NCBI GenBank assembly: GCA_048013815.1
Contig: CM106585.1
Span: 8,556,001-8,620,000, forward strand
DNA from: Setoptus koraiensis
Taxonomy: Eukaryota > Animalia > Arthropoda
Length of the DNA stretch: 64,000 nucleotides
Reading direction: 5' to 3'
Shown here: positions 14,135 to 27,068 of the stretch, piece after piece
Layout: each line of letters starts with the position of its first letter
Position numbering within the stretch: the first letter of the stretch is position 1
Notes under the pieces: generated by a model
Database searches by the model: none
What the model was told of the DNA's origin: nothing
What the model saw: only the letters and a program-made list of their open reading frames with translations
Translations under genes and position numbers: made by a program

Positions 14135-15304
14135 TACTCAGTGTGGGCCTCAGTGTAGGCCTCAGTGTGCCCACTGAGATATCTATATCTCTCATAAGTG
14201 TCCATCTGTAGCCCGATTGGGCCGTCTTATATCACATATATCACGTGGACTTGTATATATCGCATGTGTTACATACACGTCCAATTATATGTATGCACAT
14301 GATGGATATAATGAAAAGAGTCATCGCTCATGCCTGGCCTCATGCGGGCCCCCATTACAAATACATTATAATATATACTGTACACTACATATTATGGTCG
14401 TATATCGCACACAGTTTTGCTCATTGGTATGCCATTGGCCATAACTGGTGCCCGATTGAGCCGTCACGGTGCTCGTATTTTTCGTGCCAGCTTCCCATAT
14501 CCATATCCATACAAGACATATACACACAGCCGACACTACATATCCGCAATATATCCGAGATGGATATTGTGGATATGTAGTGGATATGTAGTGGATATGT
14601 AGTGAATATGTGGCCAAGATATAGGGACAGAATTATTGTGCCAGATATAAATTGAAACGAGCACATCACATTACATTAAGTGGGCCCCCGCGTGATGACC
14701 TCTGGCGCGCACGAATCAAATCAAGCCTCGATGGCCAACACACCTGACAGTTTGTGTGCGATAACTGCCAACTACAGAAATTATGGCCAACGGATATGTT
14801 TGCACTGTAATGTTTGCTCGTGTTCTAACACGTGTATCGTCCATTTCCGAAGCAACAGCACCTTTTTGACACCCCATTCGGGGGACCGTTTTTTGAAAAT
14901 GGCCTCTACTGGCCGCAAATGACTCGCAAAATGTCGCTAGAATGTTGCTGTTTGCCATTGCGACGTGCATTCAATGCGCATACTAGAGAGATATGTTGAC
15001 ATAATGATATGTTGATTTATTGGCTGAAATAGAATAAATTGATTGTGGTCAGCTCACAATTGTGAGACAAAAATTGTGGACACGACATTATAGAGAGTTG
15101 CAATATCGACATTACGAAGTTGCAATATCAGCAATAATTGTTACATAACACAAATACAACTCGTACATGCTGTCTGATGCTACTTGCAACGGATTATTAT
15201 TCACATTTCTCATTCCTGTTCCTCTCATCCTCTCATCCTCTCATCCTCTCATCCTGCGAATGCGATTGCAATGATGACCACAACGACAATGTGCGCCATT
15301 TCAG

Positions 15305-15378
15305 GTAGCGACGGACCCACAATAGTCAAGGTGAACACACTTGTCAGAAGCATATCAAAGATAGACGACGTCACCATG
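15305..15378 (+). CDS. GluCl: GluCl exon 2
   Basis: tttcag|GTAGCGAC...ACCATG|gtaagt; encodes (G)SDGPTIVKVNTLVRSISKIDDVTM, the conserved GluCl beta1-beta2 segment; phases 1/0 fit the flanking exons. Confidence 0.93.
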
Positions 15379-17332
15379 GTAAGTGGTCAGCGATAGTTAG
15401 TTTGCAATAGTTTGTCAGCATCAATATGACGTGGCTGTCGCAATTGATAACAATAATACTCTCAACAGTTGAATAGGTGACAGCAATTGCGTAACAATGG
15501 CAAGCTCACAACGCTTATTGACGCAATAAGAGAAACAGACACTAGACAATGGCATGGGCAACACTGATAATGATAATGGGAGCTGCCGAGATAAAATAGC
15601 AGTTGTAATGTAACATGTGTAGTGCTGTTGCGTAATATCTGTATATATATATATATCTCTATATATATATATATATATAGAGATATAGAGATATATAGAG
15701 ACAGGGTTGAATAAACAAACGAGAGACTCTTGTTTATGCTCACTCTACATGCTGCTTATCCGTCACTATATTGCGTCACTTACACATCATTGTGTATTAT
15801 GTATATCATAGTGTGAGCTGGCCAAGCTGGGCCCAATTGATTGATCTGTTGAGAGGCCAGTTGGGGCGCCGATAATGCGCGATACTGATCGTTGAGCCGC
15901 TTGTTGTCCAACAATTGTCACCACGACACTTGGGGCCCGCTCCATTGGTCTGGTCAGCAATGAAGTGAGGTGAATTGTGTGTGCCGAGACGCGACTCACC
16001 AGACGACACCAGACCGAAAGAGGCCCCAATGATACGAGCAAACATTTCATCGTCGTGCTGATCGTATCTCTCAATGCTTTGGTATGTCTCAATGTCTCGG
16101 TATCTCTCAGAGTGTCGTCTCAGAGTGTCGTCTCAGAGTGTCGTCTCAGACTGTGTGAGACTCAGCGGCACACGACGGCGAGTCATTGACGCGCGCATCA
16201 TATCGCGCTTATCTGGGGCCAACACTCTCTCTCTCTCTCTCTCTCTCTCTGTTGCACTTGACACTCTTACTATAACGCGTGCTGTAACTCGTGCAACTTT
16301 GGCCCCTCTTGCTACTGTCGCCTTGCATTATCGCCCTGTCATTTGCAAAGTAAAATTCTATACTTGCGCCCATAGTGGCAGCATCTTGGCCGCTAACTAG
16401 AGGCGCCTTCCTGTCGCTGCCACAGTCTAGTTACCATAGTCTAGTTACTAGAGTCTAGTCACTAGAATCTAGTTACTAGAGTCGACAACACTCAGCTGAG
16501 GCTCGTCAACTGGGGCCCACACGATGGCCGCTTATGAATGGTCTGAAAAATCAAGCTCATTCCGATAGACACGTTGACACTTGGGCTTAAGACGCGCCCA
16601 AATCCGGCCAACTCTGTGCACAGTGGACTCGATTCAACTAGCGGACAGACATCAAAATTGAACCCCCAAATACTATAATTCACAATCACGCAATAGATGG
16701 CTCTGAAAATGGCCCATTAATCGGGACAAATTCAATTGCAATTTCGATTGCATCATATCATTACTGACGACTCGTCAGTTTGGAATGGTCAGTCAGTAAT
16801 GAAAGAGAGAGCGGTAAATTTGCGTGTGACAAGGAGAAAAAACTGCCTACTATTTGGATGATTTCGGACAAGCGATTGTGCTGGTCACCTAGTTGTAACT
16901 GTATGTAGTTATAACAGTTGTAGTTGCAACTGTTGTCGGTCAACTGCATGCTGGCCCCATGATAAGTGGCCCGTGTAACTGGCTGTGCGCCTAATGAATA
17001 GAACACTAGAAAGTCTCAAGCGAAAGTCTTAATTATTGACAGTGTCAGCGAGACTGGCAGCCAGTTAATGGGCACCCAAAGTGTCGAACAGAGCGAGCGA
17101 GAGACACTTTCAAGAGGAACCATCAATCTTTTCAAATGATGGCCCCATTTCGCTTTGTTGTAAACAGCTGATGGATTAGCATGGCCGGCTGTCGTGTCAG
17201 GGGCCCCACTGTGATGCATGCTGATCGTTGGCACGCACCAACCAATCAGCTGTCGCTTGTTGTCAGCTGTGTCGCTTGTTGTCGCCAACAAGACCATTGA
17301 GGCCAGTGGGGCCGCGACAGCAACAATGGCGC

Positions 17333-17448
<116 letters not shown>

Positions 17449-20400
17449 GCGACACCAGCAGCACCGACGAGGCCCCATTTGAACGGTTCAAGGCGAGCGA
17501 AAGTGGATAATTTCAAGTGGGTAGCAGCTCGATTGGGTCTGTCATTATGTCATTGTGTGATTATCGGCGGGTCTCAGTGGGTGAGCCCGGCTACTTAGTT
17601 GCAAAATAGAATTTCTATCTCGCCAGCTCTATCTGCGCAGTGCTCGATTTTTTGACAACAACGACAACAGCAGCAGCAGCAGCAGCAACAACGGCGACAA
17701 CAAGAGCAAATTTGTAATACTGACACTGCATTCTGGGGTGCGAATAGCTCTGGCCGGTTGACAGCAATCAGTGTGTCGTGTGGAGTGCGTTGTTTATTTG
17801 TTATTGTTATCCGCTGATGCGTTGTTGTTATCCGCTGCGTTGTTGTTATCTAGCCAGACAGCGACAACAACCGATGACAGTGCCCTCAGGATTAGTGCAG
17901 CAGGCAAGTGCAGCGCGCCAGATAAGTATTTCAATTGTTGTCGCTGTTGGCGCTAATAAAATAAGGGCTCACTCACGCTCACTTGCCGTAAACAGCCAGA
18001 CAGGATATTTTTATCTGGCCTCTATGCGCTATCTATAGCCACTGGCTGTCGATGGCGACTCTCGCTTGAAGACTCTCGATTGGGGCCCCAATTTGATTTT
18101 CAATTTCTCTCTCGTTCTCGCTGGCTCTCGCTAGCTCTGTCGGCCTCTGTGGGCCCGTGTCACTGGGTGTCACTCTGTTTCGTTCGCTGGATTCACACTG
18201 ACATTGCACGGATCAACACTTTGTCAACACTAATTCACCTGTCACCAGTCACCTCGACACTGTTTGTGATTGTTCGCATGTTTGCCAAGCCAGCCAGCCA
18301 CTGTCAGCATAATGCCCGTTGGCGAGTCACGGCTCGTGCAGCCGCTCGGCACTGTCGCCGGCACGGACCATTAAATTATTTATACTCTTATACATACTGA
18401 TAAATAGTCGCACTTGCTAACAATCGACAATGTGTTGTTTATCGACGCAACAATGTCGGTGACACTAATGAGTGGGCCCCCCTCTCTCTCTCTGTTTGGC
18501 CGGCGATGCTCGAGACGACGAACGCAGTGGCTCGCTTGCCAAATAACACGCTCCAAATGACATTTTGGCGCCCAAAACAACACGACAACGCTCAGACAAA
18601 ACAGACGAAACAAAACAAATACACAACAAAATAATGACAACAATGCGCAAGCGCTCATTCAGTTGGCCGGCTTTATTAGCGCGAGCCGCTGGCGAGCACG
18701 CGTGAAATTAATTTAATTTTCATAATTTTGCTGTGCGAACACCATTGCGAATTAATTAATAAATTCGATGAGCAAATAGCGCAATGTCGACACAAGCTAT
18801 TTACGTGCCACCAAGTGGCCCACAAAAAGCCTCTGCACTGGCCCCACTCGGGGCCCCAGCGAGCGAGGCGCTATTAGCCGGTGATTGTTGGTTGTTGTGT
18901 CTCATTTTATAAGTGTCGTCTTGCTTATAAAATAATTGCTTGCTTTGGATAGTTTGTGCGTGTTGATGCCCCTTGTGTCTTGAGTGGGTCGATGGTTTGC
19001 ATCAATTGCGAGCTGCAAACGCGCCATCAATTGTAATCAATCTCTCATTTTGTTGCTGTTGCGACGTGACTGCGAAGTTTAATTAAATCATTAGCAGGCC
19101 ACTATTGTTACTAAATACTAAGCAGTTACTGACTCGGAGCTCGTACTTTTGTAGCGCCCAGATGTGGGCATGTAAGAAGCGCAGGGGGCCCCCGTTAAAA
19201 GCCCATTGGAAGGAGCGTTTCAATTAAGTGTCGTCGGAATCAGTGGAAGTGGGCGCCAATCAGTCCAAGTCGGCGGCAATAAGTGGAAATGAGCGGGAAT
19301 CAATTGGAATGGCGCCAAAGCGAAATGAGCGCTAGCACCAGATAACAAGTGCGCTCGTTGAGCATTGTTGACATCCGCGTCTAACTCAGTCTCATGTCTA
19401 ATGTCTAATTCCGACGGCTTGATCGTTTTATTGGTTTTATCGGCGTTTCATTCTCTGGCTGTGGGCCCCAACTCTGGCTACGGGCCCCACTCTGGCCGTG
19501 GCGCCGACAAGGGGCGCCTAGGTGCGTTCGCGACTCTCGCAACGCGACTCTCGAACCGTTCGGGTCGAACGTAAAGCGATGTGACCCATGCGAGTCACAT
19601 GGGCGACTTACGTAATCTAGGCAGTCAACTGGCAACAGCAACTAACAACACTATTCAAACGGCACCCACTGTTGGCGACTGAAAAATTATTTGCAAGACG
19701 ACACATTACACTGCACTCTAGTCACTAGAGTCTAGTGACTGGTGACTGGCGAGTGGCCAGTGGCGAGCCGATTAACCGTTATCGCTGGCACAAAATCAAT
19801 TCTTGCAAAATCAATTGACATTGCGCCGTTGGGTCATCGGGTCATTGCGTCATTGCGTCATTGCGTCATTACGTAACACTCTATGACAACAGCGATTCTT
19901 TCTGTAATTGTACCATTTCATCATCGTGGTTCATGCTGTAATACTGCTGTGTCCCGGTGACATGGTAATACCCTGACATGCTGATACTGTCATCCCCTGG
20001 CTGTTAATTCTGTAACTCTCTACAGCTTGTTGTTGCTGGCTGGCTGGCTGGCTGGCTGACTGGCTGGTTTGGTCGCGCACACGAGCGAATCGCAATTCAG
20101 CTCACGCACTGCGCCGGTTACATAATCGGTGGCGCTGCTGCCAACGATTACCTAATCCTCGCGAGTCGCGACTAATATGCTAACTAGCAGCACTAATAGG
20201 TAATCTGTTGTTCGCCGATGCCAGCTAACTCAACTAACTCTAGAAACTAATAGATACAGCCAGACTAGATCCAGTTGTGCCTGCTCGAGGATAAAGTCTG
20301 TTTATGTCGCTCCATTCCTCGTTGCTAATCGCCATCTCCCCGCTGCACTAACAATCTGACAATCCCCAGTAACAATCTGAGCTAATAACAATCTAGAGCA

Positions 20401-20780
20401 CTTGTCGTTAACTTTTTCTTGTTTCACTGTGCTGCAAAGGACACTAGATTAGTGATACTAATGCGCCGTATAATTCACATGTATTGTATGAGGACGCAAT
20501 TCACATGTATTGTATGAGGACGCAATTCACATGTAAACTGTCCTCTCTGGTAGTGTGGCGCACCGGTGTTGGCGTGATGCCGGTATCACAACACATTGAG
20601 TCGGTTGTGGCCATGAAAGCAATTTGAATTTTGTTGTGCAAATTAATTATCGCTGGTGCCAGTGATAAGTTATTAACCTGTGCAGTTGCAAAATAAATTA
20701 ACCATTAACCGATTTGCAAATTGCACGATGCAATACATCATGCGATTTGTGTGATGCAATGTGTTGTATGATGTAATGTA

Positions 20781-20870
20781 TTGTATGTATGTAATGTGTT
20801 GTATGTATGTAATGTGTTGTATGTATGTAATGTGTTGTATGTATGTAATGAGTTGTATGTATGTAATGTA
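20781..20870. repeat. 18-bp tandem repeat x5 (TTGTATGTATGTAATGTG)
   Basis: Five adjacent copies about 150 nt upstream of the exon 3 acceptor. Confidence 0.92.
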
Positions 20871-21019
20871 TTGGGAGCCGCTCTAGTGGGGCGCCACAAT
20901 CAATGGTTTCAATATTCAAAAATCTCAACTGTTGTGCTAATAATCTTGTCTAATTTTTGCAATTATGTGTGCATTATGCAATTATGTTTGCATTATGCAA
21001 TTATCCAATGCGATGACAG

Positions 21020-21473
21020 GAATATTCGGTGCAGTTGTCGCTGAGACAGGAATGGGTGGATGATAGACTGGCCTTTGGTAAGATGGCCTCTTACAAGACG
21101 TTCAATGTTAGCTCGATAACACTGACGGAACAGGAGCGACTTTGGAAGCCGGATTTGTTTTTTCGAAACGAAAAGGAGGGCCACTTTCACAAGATTATCA
21201 TGCCAAATGTTTTGTTGCGCATAAACAAAAACGGTGAAGTGTTATACTCAATTAGAATATCACTTGTATTGGCCTGTCCCATGGATTTAAAATATTATCC
21301 GCTAGATAAGCAAAATTGTACCATAGAGATGGCCTCTTACGGTTACCTGGACGAGGATTTGAAATTTATTTGGAAAGAATTGAATCCGGTGCAAATAGCC
21401 AAGCCATTGAATTTGCCACGCTTCACCCTGGAGACCTACGACACTGCCTACTGCACGAGTCGCACCACCACAG
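21020..21473 (+). CDS. GluCl: GluCl exon 3 (ligand-binding domain, Cys-loop)
   Basis: gacag|GAATATTCG...ACCACAG|gtgagt; EYSVQLSLRQEW...LWKPDLFFRNEKEGHFH...CPMDLKYYPLDKQNC...YCTSRTTTG. Confidence 0.97.
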
Positions 21474-21627
21474 GTGAGTTTGTCGTCAATAACCGACAAT
21501 AACTGACAATATTTGACAATAATTGACCATTGGTCATTTGCATGCCGCCACACATTATCGTATGACTCACGCTTGACTTTTAACTTGTCCCCAAAACCAT
21601 AAATGTGCAATATGTGTCCAACTACAG

Positions 21628-22451
21628 GGGCCTACAGTTGCCTGCGGATAGACTTGATATTCAAGCGTGAATTCAGCTACTATCTCATTCAGATCTACAT
21701 ACCGTGTTGCATGCTGGTCATTGTGTCGTGGGTGTCGTTTTGGTTAGACCCAAACGCAATACCTGCCAGAGTGTCGCTAGGTGTCACTACGTTGCTCACA
21801 ATGGCAACACAAATATCTGGCATAAATGCCTCGTTGCCGCCAGTCAGTTACACCAAGGCCATTGACGTTTGGACTGGCGTTTGTTTGACGTTTGTGTTTG
21901 GTGCATTGTTAGAGTTTGCATTGGTAAATTATGCCAGTAGAAGTGATCAACATAGAAGAGAAATGTTAACCTCTGCTCTAACTCACACCCAACAAATGAA
22001 ATGGAGAGAGGCCACGGCGGCAGCGGCCGCAGCGGGAGTTGCGCCGCCCGCCTTTCCGCCGCCCGACGATTCGCCCTTTCCGGCGGCTCTCAGATCGCCC
22101 TTTGTGGCCAATCAAGTGGCTACCCAACCGCACCAAGTTAATACCCACAACCCAATGCACCCATCCCATCATCAGCAGCAACATTCTCAGCAATATCAGC
22201 AGCAACAGCAGCATCATCACCATCAGCAGCAGCAGCAGCAGTATAAATGTCATCAACAACAACAGCACTACAATAGCAATTATTCATCCACTACTGTCAG
22301 CAATAGACAAACAATGGCAAATTCCAGAATCAACAGCTATAGCGGGCCGCCCGATCAAAATCATCACACGTCATCGTCGGACATGGCCCCCAACGGGCCG
22401 GACAATCGCTCGTTAGCGAACAAGGCCGGCTACCCGAACAAATATCCCATG
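21628..22451 (+). CDS. GluCl: GluCl exon 4 (TM1-TM3 and intracellular loop)
   Basis: tacag|GGGCCTAC...CCCATG|gtaagc; AYSCL...[41 protein letters not shown] (anion-selective PAR motif), [25 protein letters not shown], then a Q/H/A-rich loop. Confidence 0.97.
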
Positions 22452-24056
22452 GTAAGCTACTACTACTATGCTGATATATTGTGTATTTATCCCATTCTGT
22501 CCATGTGTGTCGTGCCCGTCACTGGCCAAGTGACTGCGGCCCAGTCAATCAACTCCAATCAGCGCCCGATTTGGCCTGTCTATATCGTGAATTGAGCGCA
22601 ATGAGTGGTCAAAAAGTCGCACAAACATCGTTTGTGTCTCAAGCGACAACGACCGACGAAAATTGTTGTTTTGTGACAACAATTTTCAGACAAACAATTT
22701 GTGACACTAATGACACTAATTGCGCGACACAGCCCTATGTTATGTTTGGCCCACCTTTGTGCTGCGCGTTTACGTAATTTGCGACATGTCAGGCCAGCTC
22801 AATTAATTTGTGCCATCAGATTTGCTTTTGTCATCTGCATCTATGGCTCACTCTTCCGCCTATGTCCGCCATCGTGCTCGGCGTTCATGAATAAATCTGG
22901 TAGTTTGATTGGAAATAGTCACAACTAGTTTGGTGGCGCACGCACGCCACGCGTTATATCGAGCTTGTTGTTTGTGTTGCCACTAAGCCAGCCAGTTCGC
23001 GTGGCTGTTGTCGCAACTCACGCCAGCAACAAGGGGCCCCAAAAAGCAATATATATCTGACCGATTCAATAGACATCACATACACACACACACACTGGTA
23101 GTGTGATACTACTACAGACTATAGGTGCACACCGCACCAATAGTCTAGAATAGTTGAGCCAGCCAGACTTGCTCTGTCTGGCTGGCTGACCGAATTCACT
23201 TAATTGGAATACCTTTCCACATTAGCGCTTCCTTCCTATCCGGCTTATTTGATTCGCACCAGCGGCAATAGCGGCAATAGCGGCAATAGATGCGGCCGTC
23301 TCGCAAACTAATATTATCGAATCAGTTTATATTGGATCTCGGCGGCGCGCCTCGCACGTTTGAACGCACGAAACGAAGATGGATCTACTTTCGCACTTGT
23401 CTATCTCTGTTTGTTTGTCACCTATATATGTTGTTGTGTGTGGGTATGCGGTTTTGCTCGTGACGCTAACAGCGACCCTCTATCGATGGACACAAGATAT
23501 ATCAGTCCAAAGTCTGGCCTGTTGAGGCGTTATCACCCGAGGCATGGCACCAATTGAGATTATGTAACACGGACATGTCTGCTGCTTTGTTGTGCATCCC
23601 ACGTCCCGCAACCCGCAACCCACAACCATATCAGTTGATATGGTTGGGGATGTGCTGCCGCTCTAAAATGCGCATCTATCAATGTTGGTGTCCTTAACAT
23701 TGTGTCAGAGGTATTATCTGGATAATCTAGCCACACAGTTGTATGTTAACAGTGTTGGATTAAACGCTGGCACGCATTGAAAGCATGCCAGGTACATATG
23801 AGAAATAATAATCGATCACTCGCTGTCTACATCATGTATGTTATTGTTCTATTATATTTGCCCAACAAACACGCACACACACACACACACACACACCATA
23901 ATAATTATCTTTGCCCATCTGATCTGATAAAACTCAAACCCAAGTGATGAGTTGATCTACCCATTGCAATTATCAAGATCATCGCACTACAACGAATACA
24001 ACTGACGAAAAAGTTGTGAGTGCAGGGTGCCATGGGCGAACAAATACGACTATTGT

Positions 24057-24062
24057 TTTATT
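24057..24062 (-). promoter_or_regulatory. Polyadenylation signal AATAAA of the nested gene
   Basis: Plus-strand TTTATT about 50 nt downstream of the TAA at 24111. Confidence 0.55.
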
Positions 24063-24110
24063 AAATATTCAATCATGAATTACAACAACAACACACCTAG
24101 TGACCAATAG

Positions 24111-24987
24111 TTACTGGTCTCTAGTAATTTCGGTTGTTTGTTTTCGTCGCTGATCAGACTGTTGTCGCAACGACGACAATTGTGCATCAACAATTTGGCC
24201 ACCGTCCGATAACGATTGCTCGATATGCATCCCCTTCCAATTGAGTTGCTGTAAACAAAGAGAAAATTTTCGGGTGATTAGTGAAACTATCAAATAAATT
24301 GGCGCTGCACTACTTTTAGAATTGTTCTAGCATTCACCTTGAGCAAACGGGCCAAATAGACGTGCAACTCTTGACCGTCGATGTGATCCTTTGCCGAATG
24401 GCTGAATTTGCCCATAGTTCCCCGATTCAATTTCGTCGGCAAATGCTGTTGCATGGCCGTGATCAGCTTCTCTCCATCTCGATAAATATCCTCTGACTTC
24501 AATCTATTACCATCGTTGTGTAAGAGAAATCTGGTGCGTGTTTGTAGGACTAGCTCCCTCAGAACATCCATCGATTCCTCGTCTTCTGCACACATTCTCA
24601 TCATTAGATCAGCAATGGAATGTTTCAATTTTTCAAATGAACTTTCTGATTTGCTGACATCGTTGTCACGTTCCAACAGTGCCGATCTTAAAAGATCTAG
24701 CCAATTCTCAAACAAATCAAATCTGTTCTGTAATTTGGTCCGCATTGGTTGCGTTTGGCAACAGCAGTCGATTGAGTTCAACGTCGATAAAGTGTCAATA
24801 ATTGTTGTTTATAAGTCATAAATGTGACAGAATTGAGCTTAGAAATACTTACTGCTGTAAGATCGCCACTTTCTACAATGGATGCTGTGTCAACATCGCC
24901 AACTCGAACTAACACCAACGATAGCAGGAAACTTGCCGCATATAATATGCTGGTGACCGTGCTAAGATTTGAGGACATTCTTGACAT
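24111..24987 (-). CDS. Nested antisense gene in GluCl intron 4; 220-aa secreted helical orphan protein, join(24987..24853,24727..24338,24248..24111)
   Basis: ATG and hydrophobic signal (ILYAASFLLSLVLVRVG); two phase-0 introns with GTAAGT..TTACAG (125 nt) and GTGAAT..TTACAG (89 nt) join three track ORFs into one frame; minus-strand AATAAA at 24057-24062. Confidence 0.8.
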
Positions 24988-25658
24988 TTTACTTGGTTAC
25001 AAACGGTTATGTCAGGAAATTGGGTGTCTCAAATGCTTAGAATCTTGAGCTAAGAAGGCCCATTGGCCGACCATACTCTGCGAGATCGCATCCATTATAT
25101 ACTAACCATTAAATGGAGCATCTATGGCACAAAGTGCCAATGCAAAGAGAACAATCGGTTCAGATTAGATTAGATCAATCTGACATCTGACATCTAGAGA
25201 AACTAAAATTGAATCTAGATTATGTAATCGAGCCAGATCTAATAGTTCAAATTAGCTTGAAATATTTAATATCATCAACACCGCACATGACAGATAACTA
25301 ATTTCATCCTTTCATCTATTCTTCCCATATCTTCATCTCAAATCGCTACATCTTTACCGATCGAAATCGATAACCGCAAAACTTCAACTTCCCCGCTGCA
25401 CCCCATGTTAAAAATCACACTTTAAAACCGGATATCAATTAATGTCATGTGCTCCACTATTGCGCATCACAATAAAAATTGCCAACCTATTGAACACCAC
25501 TGGTACAATAATGGCACGATAATGGAACTACTGTGAACTATTGTAAAATTATCAAATGTCTGAATGCAATCATGTGAACCGATAACAATCGCTCTATCCG
25601 GCACTATCGCTTCAACTCTTCAAAAAATCACATCGCAAACTGACTCAAATTATGACAG

Positions 25659-25907
25659 AAATCGGCTTTGAGGAATCACTTGGATCATTTGTTACCCGGC
25701 GATCAAAAGGATTCCACTTGTGAATTCCATGTACAAACAAAACAAAAGCAAAAGAATTGGTGTAAAATGTGGCTAGACAAATTTCCTACACGCTCAAAAC
25801 GTATCGATGTTATTTCAAGAATATTCTTCCCTTTAAAATTTGCATTATTTAACTTAGTCTATTGGACAACTTATCTATTTAGGGAAGAAGATACTGTAGC
25901 CTCATGA
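25659..25907 (+). CDS. GluCl: GluCl exon 5 (TM4, stop)
   Basis: gacag|AAATCGGCT in phase 0; KSALRNH...[45 protein letters not shown], the GluCl C-terminus. Confidence 0.95.
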   Translation, partial: KSALRNHLDHLLPGDQKDSTCEFHVQTKQKQKNWCKMWLDKFPTRSKRIDVISRIFFPLKFALFNLVYWTTYLFREEDTVAS

Positions 25908-26872
25908 TTTTGACAATTGTTGTTGTAATGTAAATTATATAAATAAGGTAAAACTGTCATGGATCTATATTCGTCTCCACTTTCTCTAATTGGAATAGGT
26001 ATATGCTTTGATATTGGGGGATGTTTCCTTTTGAACCAATTATGAGATTTGACTTGTTGTATTGAGAATCTATCTTCTGGTTCTTTCATTAACATACCAC
26101 ACAGTAGATCCTTTAATGTGGGTTCCAAGAAATCTGGTATGGTAAATTCACCTTTAGATATGTTATCATACAAACGCAATATATTATCCCCCTCAAATGG
26201 ATATTTTCCAGTTGTTATACTATACAATGTCACACCGCTAGACCAGACATCTATTTTAAATCCACGAAAGCTCTCTGCCCCGTCTGCTAATTCGGGCGCT
26301 TGAAATGCCGGCGATCCTTGGCTGGTACAACATAGATCAGAATGTTTAAATAGATCAATTTGTTCCGAGACGCCCAAGTCAGTTATCTTAACTACTCCTG
26401 AATTGTCTATCAATAGATTGCTTGGTTTGATATCTTTATGTATAATCCCTTGACTATGTAAATATTCTAGACCATTGATTAATTGTATAAAATAACCATG
26501 CGCCTGTGATATTGGCAGCTTATTCTCAGGTGCTTTGTCAAATATCTCTTGCAACACAGTGACACAATATTCCATTATTAGATAAAGCTTTTGTTTTTCC
26601 TCATTGTATATTACATCTATTAATTTAATAACGTTCCTATGATTTAATTTGCGTAGTAATTTTGTCTCTTGCCTAACATTTTCCTCTCCATTTGGTATCT
26701 TCCTCAAGCGTTGCTTTTTCATTATTTTCACCGCTCTCCTCTCCAACGTCTCGACATCTATGACCTCTTTCACTTTTGAGTAGCTACCCTCACCTATTAG
26801 ATCGCCCAATAGGTAACGTCCAACAAATTTAGGTCTCTTGTTTTTCTTGTATATGACAGATTCATCATTCAT
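25871..26872 (-). CDS. STK11: Serine/threonine kinase LKB1/STK11, intronless, 333 aa from first ATG
   Basis: [92 protein letters not shown] are LKB1-specific. The track start at 26881 is TTG; first ATG is at 26872. Confidence 0.95.
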   Translation of the reverse strand: MNDESVIYKKNKRPKFVGRYLLGDLIGEGSYSKVKEVIDVETLERRAVKIMKKQRLRKIPNGEENVRQETKLLRKLNHRNVIKLIDVIYNEEKQKLYLIMEYCVTVLQEIFDKAPENKLPISQAHGYFIQLINGLEYLHSQGIIHKDIKPSNLLIDNSGVVKITDLGVSEQIDLFKHSDLCCTSQGSPAFQAPELADGAESFRGFKIDVWSSGVTLYSITTGKYPFEGDNILRLYDNISKGEFTIPDFLEPTLKDLLCGMLMKEPEDRFSIQQVKSHNWFKRKHPPISKHIPIPIRESGDEYRSMTVLPYLYNLHYNNNCQNHEATVSSSLNR

Positions 26873-27068
26873 TTTTAACAAAATATCTTGTTGTTGTGGT
26901 TACAACGAAGCGCCAATTCGGTTGGTGAGTGTGTCCGATTATTATTACGTGATGCTGGTGGCTGATTTATAGGAAGTGCCTTGTAAAAAATGCTATTTGG
27001 CTAAATGGTATCAGGGTAATAAGGGTCTGTATGTTAGCAGGCGAGAGTTGGCCAAGAATCAGCTATAA

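Noticed and set aside
23473-23560. Alternative GluCl loop exon after GCTAACAG (RPSIDGH...)
   Set aside because: No convincing in-phase donor, and exons 4 and 5 already join at the conserved M|K junction.
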